Shown piece by piece: positions 1 through 9,721 of a DNA stretch of 47,348 nt. This DNA comes from Choristocarpus tenellus KU-1152 (taxonomy: Eukaryota; Protista; Phaeophyceae), in NCBI GenBank assembly GCA_964200185.2, contig CAXNAD020000017.1, forward strand, positions 1-47,348, given 5' to 3'. The first letter of the stretch is position 1; each line of letters begins with the position of its first letter. Below the pieces are notes generated by a model. That model did no database searches. It saw only the letters and a list, made by a program, of their open reading frames with translations, and was not told where the DNA came from. The translations under genes and the position numbers were made by a program.

Positions 1-18
1 CAAAACCCAGTGTGTTGT

Positions 19-211
19 GGGGGGGGGGGGGGGGGGGTCTACACCAGGGTGTCCATTTGGAACAAAATCAGGAAAAGTGCATTTTCATTATCCATCGGAC
101 ATATACGACCAAATCACCAAAAAATCACAATATGAAAAAATTGACCCCAAATGGACAGCCACCACCCCCCCTCAGATACATTAAGCCGTACCCTCCAAGA
201 TACTTTCACTC
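19..211. mobile_element. Partial MITE-like dispersed repeat (right part), related to the elements at 3512-3770 and 47121-47292
   Basis: 38-170 (tctacaccagggtgtccatttgg...aaatggacagccacc) aligns in direct orientation with 47145-47280. 188-211 (gtaccctccaagatactttcactc) is nearly the reverse complement of the left TIR of the 3512-3770 element. Confidence 0.7.
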
Positions 212-287
212 ACGTTTGTCACAATAAGGTTGACGTTTTTGCACCACCTTCGGACGAGATTACCTCCAAAAAGCATTACATTCATGA

Positions 288-1175
288 ATGACCGAACTCT
301 GTCCCCCCCCCCCCAACACCCCTCCACCCCCCCCAACCCCAAGCTCGTCCTTGAATCCCGCAGAAATGGCCTTATTCCCGCTTGAAGGGAAAGACTACAA
401 GATCGGCAGAAATGACCTCCCTGCGTGGGGTGATCTTGTAGTGTGCAACTCTCGATCAGAGGCCTTCCGTTCGATCTCTCTTGAAGACCAATAAAAACAG
501 TGCATTCGACTGCTTCATGTGGCCAACAACAGACAACTCAAGCACATGCTTTCGCCTGGAATGGAGGTGTGCGGGCCGCACGCAGAGCTCTACTTGCGCG
601 TGGCAGCCACTTGCCCTCTCTACTATATACATTGGACCGAGAAAGGAGATGACGCCAACATTGAATTCACATCAAAAGTTCCACAGAGCGGAAGCCATGA
701 CCAGGTCCTCCTCCCCTTCTCCCAGGTTGGCCCCGGGCAGATGTTCGTCACGCCCGTAGTCGGGAGGGTGTACAAACCCCGGGCAAAGAATGACACGAGA
801 TCACCATTCAACGTGCTCCCGGGTGTTACAGTATTGCGTTCTCGTGGGTTCGAAGTGATGGATTCGGGCTCAGACTTGACGCCAATGACCACTAGAAAGC
901 ACAAGTGTCCCTCTTCCCCCAAGGGTGGAAAGGGGAAAGGTCATGGGGTATGGAGGGGCGCCAGTGATTCTGCCATGGAAGACAAGCCGGAGTATGTCAG
1001 CGATGTGGAAGAGGATGACGAGGAAGAAAAGGATGATGAAGTGATGATAGAGAGGAGGGTGAACGGGATGACGAACAGGAGTAAGAAAAGAACCGGGACG
1101 GGGGGTGGGAAGGAGGTGGAGGTGGAGAGGCGGGCGGGCGCACACGTTGGCAAAGTAATGATTGACCAACGGTAA
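288..1175 (+). pseudogene. Intronless ORF broken by one in-frame TAA (492-494); divergent SET-domain-like N-terminal part and acidic/basic low-complexity tail
   Basis: ORFs 288-494 and 519-1175 are in the same frame. YKIGRNDLPAWGDLVVC and LYYIHW...ANIEF...VLLPFSQVGPGQMFVT loosely follow SET motif spacing (GxG; FINH..PN; I..GEEL). The SET call is inference only. Confidence 0.35.
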
Positions 1176-2129
1176 ACAGAGCATATGGGAGTGTTTTTGT
1201 TAATGATGCCTCGTTCGTCCAGTAGTTAGTTCAAGCAAGTTGTTCGTGTGTCTGTTGAACTCCTGGTAACATGCTTACCAGAGTCGGCGCCCATTTTGCT
1301 TCAGGTGACGTGCACAGTTTCGCGCAGTGGCGGGGGGAGGAGGGGTACAACGAATGAGCAGCAAATTGATAAAGCTGGTGTTTTTTTTATTTAATGTGAA
1401 AGAAGATTTTTTTTTCAACCATGTTTTTGCTCTGGCCTGTTGTTGCCTTATTCTCCCTCTTCTCCCTGTTGTTCTCTTGCGATATGTGACAAGTCAAACA
1501 AGTTTCCCGAAAAAATAGATAAATGCAGATCGGCATATCTGACAGGGGGTGGGAGGGGGGACAGATCACAACAAACAATAATTCGGGCATGACTGAGATA
1601 TTCATAGAAAGAGGTTGATCATCACATAATGTCAATACTTATAAGTGCTCAGCGTTAGTTTCTTCTTCTACTTAGCGATGATAGCAATAATTGATAAACA
1701 ATTTAATAATATGGCAAAATAAAACTTCTTCTCACTCAGTCGACCATCCATAATGACAATGAAACGCCGCCCCGAAAGAAACTACATCGAAGTACTGTTT
1801 TTTTCTACCACCTCCACCATCGACAGTCAAACGACTCCACTGACGGCACTAATTATTCAAGCAAGTAATCCAACGCAGGGCATACATGTGCACAACGATC
1901 AAACGAAATCACTGCCGCCCCCCACACACTGTCCTACTACCACCTTCGGCATGGATTCCCATTCAAAAAGGGGCACTTAAAAAGTGCTGCAACATTTACA
2001 AAAAAATATTAATGGGCACTTTCCGCCCTCCATTTTGGGTAAATTCCATCCTCCATGAAATAATCCATCCTCCATTTTGCCGAGACGCTGTTCATTGCTG
2101 GTGGATGAGTGTGGGAGGTGGGAGGTTGC

Positions 2130-2430
2130 CTGTACTTCCGCGAACGTAACATTGAGTAGAAGGCCTTTGTCCCAGTAGGGGGCTGATCCTGCGTCTGCGA
2201 AGGCCCCTGCATGGAACACTAGATCCATGCGGAAATTCCTGTTGACTGAAGGGGCTACCATCCTCCGTACTGCAAGGGATGCCCGTCCCCTTGCATAGTT
2301 GGCTGAGTGTTTTCACCATAGGGATGTGTTGTCGTATGTGACCTCCTTCCCTGGGGCAGGTACGGACATGTCTGGTGTCAACATTTTGCCTCTCGCACCC
2401 AGTCACTGGACACCTGTTTGATAGGGCTTC
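2130..2430 (-). mobile_element. Fragment of a CRE/R2-type non-LTR retrotransposon C-terminus (CCHC knuckle plus restriction-like endonuclease), frameshifted
   Basis: Minus strand reads CPVTGC...HVRTC...GGHIRQH...LSQL...GIPCSTE, then after a frame change RMDLVF...GLLLNVTFAE. This matches the CCHC-RH-E-R(P/M)D-DV(T) order of RLE-type elements. Confidence 0.6.
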
Positions 2431-3437
2431 CTCCCTCCCTACTTTTCAGTTGAGCATAGTCGTAAACGTATCTGAATACAATCATTTACATTGAACCAGT
2501 TTAATATTTTATATGATATTCACAAAGAAATATATCATGAATGTGATATTCAATATATTATATTATGTTTAAATGAGTCAAAGGAGGTAGATTTTTCTAC
2601 CCTTCTTTGAGCTATGCATTTTGTCATATTTTTGCGGAGAAAAACACACTATATTGTTGTGGTGAGTAAGTACATTTGAGGTCGTTTGTTCTCCAACTCA
2701 CACAAAGAATTTATTAACTCATTTATACTTTGACAAATTAGTAGATAAATGTATGTACAATAATATTTTTTATGCGAAAGTTGAAAGAGTGGCAAAGATG
2801 TACAAATAATTTCTACTCGTTAATCCTCTACCACGAATGATACTGAGATATTATGTACAAATAATGCCAATTTATCGATACAACCATAAAATGTGAAAGC
2901 CATTCATCTATTTACTATTTTGTGACTACGCCTACCACTGCCTTCCTGTACTTCCAACCTAGCTTAGTCCTGCACCCCAAGGTGAGGAGGTAGGGAAGCA
3001 TCATTATGCCCTTAAAGATTTTCTAGATGTGTCAGGGCAAAAGTCAAACCTTGTCACAAAGTCTTTTATAATAGTAACAATTATCGTTGATGTATAATGT
3101 ATCTCTCTAAAATCTATTTACTGCACAATGTGACAAAGAGGACGAGAACTCTCTATTGCCTTTACAAACTCTGTGGAAGGCAAAGACAATGTAGCCTATG
3201 CCGAGCTTGATTGTTTCATCTATGTTTTAGATAGGTCAGAATGGAAAAGGGGTGAGATGCCCAAAACTACAGAAGAGAATGAAATGGAAATAGGGAGGTC
3301 TGAGATTGGGCAGAGTGAGAGATGGCATGGGAATTGGGTATTCCGAATTTTTTCTCAGGGAGTTGAATGGAAAGATAAGGGGAATGAGATAGTGGAAAAG
3401 AAAGATGTACAGGAAAGTCAAACCCGAGGTTAAGATA

Positions 3438-4390
3438 CTGCATTCACAAGGTAGTATCTACCGAGGGGTAGTTGAACAATGATCCCTGACTGAGGAGTAG
3501 GGCTCAGCTAAGAGTGAAAGTATCTTAGAGGGTACGAGTTTTGCCCTGTTTGTCCGTTTGGGGCTTGTCTTCCTAAGGGGGTTTTTATGATATTTTACCT
3601 AGTCCGAAATATTTCGGAGTAGGTAAAATGTATACATAATGTAAGGTGTGTCCCGAATAAGGATATTGACGCTTCCTAACAAACACAATAGCCAAAATTT
3701 CATCAAATTCACAACATTGGATTTTGGCCCCCAAACGGACGCGACTCTACCCTCTAAGATACTTTAACTCTAAAGGTATCTGTAAGGAGCAGGCAAGTTA
3801 CATGGTTTGCAGTCAATGTACCTCCCAAGGAGGGGGGGCTGTCCAGGTACAGGAAGGTGATGATATCAGACCCGGGTACTGCATTCATAACTTAGTAACT
3901 GCTATGGGGCAGTTGGACCATGATCCGTGGCCGAGGAGCCAGGCTCAAAGGGAGTCACCAACGAAGTAGGCAATTCACGGCTTACAGCCAAGGAGCCTGA
4001 AAGAGAAGTTGTAGAAAAGTTAAAACCCAGGGTCAAGGTGCTGCACTCATAAGGTAGTAACTACCGAGGGGCACCCCTGGTTGAGGAGCCAGGCTCAAAC
4101 TTGCCTGGTCCCAAGCGGTGTCTGTGTCTAGGTTCAAGAGAGTAATGGCATTAGGCCTGCATACTGAACTCATAAGGGGGTAACTGATAAAGGGCAGTTG
4201 GGCCATGATCCATGACCAAAGAATCAGACCCAAAGAGAGTTGCCTGTTAGGAACAGGAAAGTCATGGTTGGCAGGCAAAGTATATTGCCTCCAGTTGGGC
4301 TCCTGTCGAGGAACAGGGGGGTTAGAGGTTAGCAACTGCGAAGGAGCAGTTGGGTTGTGATCAGTGGTTGGGGAGGAAGGCCCAAAAAGG
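3438..4390. repeat. Array of 4-5 degenerate ~70-bp repeats with irregular spacing, upstream of the RT relic
   Basis: Copies of ctgca(t/c)tca(c/t)aa..tagta.ct....ggggcagttgg.ccatgatcc.tg..cgaggagccaggctca start at ~3438, 3879, 4041 and 4163, with a more diverged copy at ~4325-4385. Confidence 0.75.
3512..3770. mobile_element. Complete 259-bp MITE, PIF/Harbinger (Tourist)-like
   Basis: Imperfect TIRs gagtgaaagtatcttagagggtac (3512-) and ctaccctctaagatactttaactc (-3770). Inner inverted motif gtccgtttgggg / ccccaaacggac. TAA on both sides (3509-3511, 3771-3773), the 3-bp TWA target duplication typical of PIF/Harbinger. Confidence 0.8.
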
Positions 4391-4559
4391 GGTTGCTTGC
4401 AAAGGATCAAGCCTGTAATGTTGCACAGTCAAGGTACTCTGTCCATTGTTGAAGACACCCGCCAGGGAGCAGCAGAGTCAGGAGTTGCAGTCAGAACTAG
4501 ACTCGAATATACTGTGAAGGGATCATGAAGGGAAGCGCATTAGGGATATTGTTAGATGA

Positions 4560-5260
4560 AGTAAAAATGAATACGAGATAATGGCGGAGGTGAGAGCATC
4601 TCAAAGAGAATGGTGTGCTAGGTGGTGGGCAGCTATGGAGGAAATGCAAACTGGGGAAGATGGCAAGATCCACTGTCCGAGAGTTATACCAGAAACGGTC
4701 TGACATTTCCTGAGAAGAACCCAAGAAGATGTATGGGCAGTGGCAATAACCAGAAGGGGAGGACGCTTGACTCCACACCCGCAAATAGAGTGCAACAATC
4801 GATATCTTAGAAAAAAAAGGCATTCCTGGGTATCAAAAAGTTGGTATCAGCAGCGGAAGATGCGGTACAGGGTTCAATCAAGGATGTAGGCACGCTAAGG
4901 GCAACTCTAGCATACAGAAATCACAGGAGGGCTAATGAAGCTCAGAAGATATCTGGAACCAGACAAGTTGATGTGTTTTCCCAAAGGAGAGTGAGTTCCA
5001 TATACTAGGTGTTCGGGTATCCCCTTTAGGTATGGTGCTAGAATTGAATAAGTTAAGGATTATTCATGATTTGAGTTTCGGGTAGGGCCAATCAGACCGG
5101 AATATGGGGGGTGTTTATACACACATGTATTTTTAAGACGCTCTGCCCATTCAAATAGCGAGGTCTTAGACCATGTGTTACAAAGACTATGGGCAAAGAG
5201 GACAAATTATGGATCAGAAGGTAGGATGTTATTTTCCAAATTGATTTTTTTCGACATTGA
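4560..5260 (+). mobile_element. Decayed DIRS/Ngaro-like (tyrosine-recombinase retrotransposon) reverse-transcriptase N-terminal fragment
   Basis: Broken plus-strand frames give LRATLAYRNHRRA (~4895-4935), ILGVRVSPLGMVLELNKLRIIHDLSF (5002-5079) and VLDHVLQRLWAKRTNYGSEGRMLFSKL (5163-5243). SPLG.V...K.R.IHDLS followed by SK.D is the start of DIRS-type RT. Several stops and frameshifts; truncated before the YxDD motif. Confidence 0.6.
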
Positions 5261-5339
5261 AATATCATGGTTGAGACCGCCTGATTTGGTGGGACAGTGG
5301 TATCTCAATGTTAAACAATATAATATGTTGTAAGATCGA

Positions 5340-5739
5340 ATCCCAGCTGGACCCCTTTCCCTACTCCCTACAACAGGAGGATCATTGAATCAAAGTAGCT
5401 GAGAGGTAGGCAATTTTGACCCACTATGCATTCTAGGTAATCTTCCTTACCCTGTGCAATACTCTATCTCGTTGCTTAATGTACAGAATGGTGTACACAA
5501 AATGAATACTCTATCTCGTTGCTTAATGTACAGAATGGTGTACACAAAATGGCATTTCTCGGATCCCAGCTGGACCTCTTTCTCTACTCCCTACAATAGG
5601 AGGATCATTGAACCAAAGTAATTGAGAGGTAGGCAGTTTTGGCCTGTTATGTATTCTAGGTAGTCTTCCTTACCCTGTGCAATGAACTCTATCTCATTGT
5701 TCTATGTACACAATGGTATACGCAAAATTGATATTTCTC
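5340..5739. repeat. Two diverged ~176-bp tandem units; the first carries a perfect internal 47-bp duplication
   Basis: Units start atcccagctggacc at 5340 and 5563. aatactctatctcgttgcttaatgtacagaatggtgtacacaaaatg occurs exactly at 5458-5504 and 5505-5551. Confidence 0.95.
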
Positions 5740-6965
5740 CTTTCCACATACCAAATGACATCACAATTCAGCAAATGCTCTTTCTGCAATTATACAAAAG
5801 GACGTTCTATTGCCATTTCTCAGTATCCTTAAAATATAACCTTGCCTACCCCTCACTTACTTTGGCTCAATATAAATGTAAGGGGGGGTATGGGTGGCAT
5901 ACAGGCTAAATGGGAAACGCAAAGATTGAGACCAATGGTTGGGGAGGGTGTGTTATTAGTGGCATGGTTATCCATGGTTATGCTGGGAAGGTTCCCAGGC
6001 TCTGATTTTGATAAACATAAGAATATCATGGTTCCACTAGGGCAGACAATCACGAATATTCTCTACTCCTAAAGATCGGTTCACCATGAGGTCGAACTCT
6101 AGGGAAGGGATCCACTTTCTAGGTTGAGGCACTGATTAAACAGTTGCCTATGCATTGGTCCCTTCCTCACACTACCTCCTATGACACATACAAAGGCCAT
6201 TATTGGAGGAGATTCCCTTACAGGTCTGGGATCTGAAGGGAGGGTTGCCAGTCTGGTTGCAGAAGGCACTGAAGCAGACCCAGTTGAGGAGACCAGTGAT
6301 CTCACATAAACGTTGTTGGGACCGTCTCAGTGTCCCTCCTGCATGATATGCTATCAGGGTGCGGGTTTCTAGGGGTTATGCTTGAAATGGCTTTGTGCTT
6401 TACACAATGTATGTTTCTTTCTTTTCCTCCAATGGCAACATGTTACCACAACTTCAATCACATTTTCCTAAACATCCAACCTTGTATACCCAATCAATTG
6501 CCTTTACGATGCAGGTTACATGGAGATACCTGTCCTTAGTCAATGTAGAACTCAATTATCTACCAGTTCTGATTCAAAACTGCAACACCAATTCTTCTAT
6601 TTCTACCTCCAACCCCTCCACCCTGTATTTTTGTCTGGTTTTGTGTTGGTGCCGGATTTTTGTGACCCTTTAGAAGGTGACATACCCAATTCCACGTGGG
6701 CCAATCACCTCTAAATGTAGAATGTTACTGTAGTGGACTCTACAGCAAGAATAGTTTTATACTATATGTGAAACAGTTTGGATGGGACAGACAGGCACTT
6801 CAGACTGAAGGGGAGTGGGAAGACCCACAGGTGGAATGGAAAGGAGAGAGACAAGGCAGGAGACTGAGCAACTTTCACGAGGTCACTCAGGGAAGGAGTG
6901 AACAGGGAAAATGGATGAGGGGGGGTCGTAACATCCCCCCAAACAACCCGATATGATGTTATCAG

Positions 6966-9270
6966 GAAGCAAATGCTGATGCCATATGGAGCAATAAACC
7001 TTGAGGAATGTCTTCTAAAGGAAGGGGACTTTAGAAGTATACCCTGGCCACGCACTTGGCACGAATGGTTGTTTAGTCATTTTTTTATACCCCAATTCGA
7101 AGCAATAGAGTGAATGATCAAAGTGGGAGATCGAGTATATTTGATAACAATTCCTTTATGTAACCCTCTATGAGCCTCGTTTACACCCTATAGGCTTACG
7201 AATTGCAGGTACATTTCCCATCATGGTAAGTTTGCAGACATTTTTTTAACATAAGCATCAATATGCTCCTTGATATATTCGAGGGATTGTCTTCAAAAAG
7301 AGATATGAAGGGGAGACCCCAACAAAATATTTGGAACCATGATAGTGTATGTTGTCGGTTCGTTCGTATTTGCCATGCATGAACTTCTACTTATATATAT
7401 GTAATACATAACTATGTTTTGGTGCGTGGTTCTGTGTGATGGGGGATGATGAGAACCACCGGAGATGAGATTCAGAAAGGAAATGAGAGATGATACTAAG
7501 GCATCCTGGGCGTATGTTGACACCTTACGAGTGGAATGTGGATTAATCTCCACCGTGATTGGTTGCGATCAGTCTGAACAGAAAACACAATCTCAGGGTT
7601 TGTTGGTTTGAATCCACTGTTCATGTTGAGGTTGTCATCAGCCGTCGTGCGTTCTCCGTATGACAAATTTGCGCGCGCAAATGTGTATGACTGCGCGCAT
7701 TATCCTGCTCAGTGTCCAGATATAAAAAAAAAGGGGAGATGTCCATGACAATTACACCTACATTATTATCATTATTCCAACTGAGATGTGAAGGGATTGT
7801 CATTATCTATCAATAATATACAATATTATTAATATTCTATACAACTCTTACTCTTAGTGCTGCTACTAACATACGAAACGTACAAAAGCAGTTCCTATAG
7901 GTTCTCTGTGTCCAGTGGACCACCGTGATGTGTGCTCTGTACGAGGCTATGTCTGTGGTGCTGATGAGAGGGACTGGTGAAGAAAGGGAAAAATGTATGA
8001 CAGAGGTCGATACCAAAGCTAAAGAAGTAGAAGCGGGTCATTCCAGCCTTATACAAGCCGACCCCAACGCATTTTTTGCTGACGCTGGTTTTTTCTACAG
8101 ACCTCCTCACCAAGTGAGATCATGGCAGCAGCCTCCTTCTGTCACCTCTCCTTTTTTCCATCAAGTGATGTTTTGTTTTCAATCTTCAAGTTTTCTCCCC
8201 TGTTGACCTTCGCGTACAGCCTCGACGTGCCATTTGCACTGCAGGAGTAAAATGCAACCGTGCTACAGCGTTGATTTACTGCTACAGTTGTGAAAGGTTT
8301 GAGCCCACCGGTAAGGCGTACTACTGTCAAGCCTGTTTTGATGCTTGCCATCCATGGTATCGAGCGCCGCACAAGTGGGTTGATGTGGAAGATACCGGGC
8401 ACCTGGACCAACAGCTGACCTCCCATCTCTACACAGCAGTTATGGATAGGAATATCGATGATATCGGCGCAATGGTCAAAGACTTGGGTGAATGGCACGA
8501 CCAAATGAAGACTCAGGGTATGGACTGCAAGGCAAGTTACATTCTTCACCGCAAGATACAGCTGCATATTGCTTTGAGGTACGGGTTGTTCAACTTCGTA
8601 GCACATCGGCAACCTCTTACAGTGTTGGGTCTCGTTCTTCAATTTGGTACCAGGGAGACAACTTGATCAAGACAGCGGCTCAGGGAGTAAAGAAAATCAG
8701 CATGAAGATAAGGTAAGTAGTCCTTAAATATCTCTTCAACCGATATCTTAAATTGGGGTTCTATACTACTATTGGTTTTTGAGTGTTACACAAATCGTGG
8801 GCGTGATTGTACTTTCTTCCTCTCACGGTTGTGCTTGCACTATGTCAGTCATGACCTGACCTTGCTTTTTAGGAATTGATGTCGAAAATAGCTGCCCTAC
8901 TTTGGTGTATGGACAGTATTTCCTTTGTCATTCAACACAATCGCATGCAATGTTGTCCTATGAGGAGACGATCCTACGGCTGTCCCACAATGTTACGAAC
9001 ATTCACGAATGTAATAGGGAAATGGGAATACATGTATCCATCACCCCTCTGTAAGACACCAGGATGTGTGCTGCCGAATATACTCCAAAAAACAGGGATA
9101 TGAAGGAAGTCAACAATGAGGATCGGACAAAGATTTCTCAAGTTGCAGAGGAATGTGTTCTGCAAGAGGCCGCACGCCTGCAGAAATACTTCGAGACTCA
9201 AACTGTTGTCGGAAAGTGGGACAAAGCTGGGCAGGAAGAAGCAACAAAGGCAATGCACACAGTGGCATGA
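6966..9270 (+). CDS. B-box-type zinc-finger protein, multi-exon, 5' end not located
   Basis: Phase-compatible exons: 6966-7067, 7209-7225, ~7453-7530 (weak acceptor), 7901-8112, 8220-8531, 8654-8712, 9063-9270 (TGA). Exon 8220-8531 encodes CTAGVKC-x8-CYSC-x10-CQAC-x4-H-x6-H, which is B-box spacing. The upstream exons are less certain than the B-box exon. Confidence 0.65.
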
Positions 9271-9721
9271 TTTCTTTCTGTCTGCTTACTATCTCTTGAC
9301 AGACTTAAATGCATGGATATAAATACATATATATGCATTCATCTGTTGTTTTCAAATGGTGCTTTGGAATGTGGGAGTATTGGGGACATTCAATGTTTCG
9401 TAACCTGTCCATTAATGCCTAGGAGTTGTCTTTACCAATGCAAAGTCTTCCTTGACACTTTTGAAGGAGTCTGCATGCATGTGACGGTAACTGCTCCTTC
9501 ATCCTGGCTAGATCTACAGCTCTACAGGATACTGATCATTCCCCTCCATGGAGTCCTATGTTTCAGGAGAGGGACTACTATCTAAACCTTATCAGAGTCA
9601 TTAACTGCCTTGATTCTCTGGACCACCGGCTTCCTTGCAAGCAAGATCTGTAGTATCCTTTGTCAGAACACACAGGATGCTTTTTTGGTAGAACTCCTGG
9701 ACAAGTTATCTTTTTCACCAT

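Noticed and set aside
492-494. Stop-codon reassignment or readthrough (TAA as Gln)
   Set aside because: DLD ends with TAA and long exons elsewhere have no in-frame TAA/TAG, so the standard code applies.
3438-4390. CRISPR-like repeat-spacer array next to an RT
   Set aside because: Repeats are ~70 bp, strongly diverged and unevenly spaced; no cas genes; eukaryotic TE context.
7667-7682. Perfect 16-bp palindrome atttgcgcgcgcaaat as a Helitron end or terminator
   Set aside because: The core is a simple (GC)n run, there is no properly placed CTRR end and no second copy in the window.
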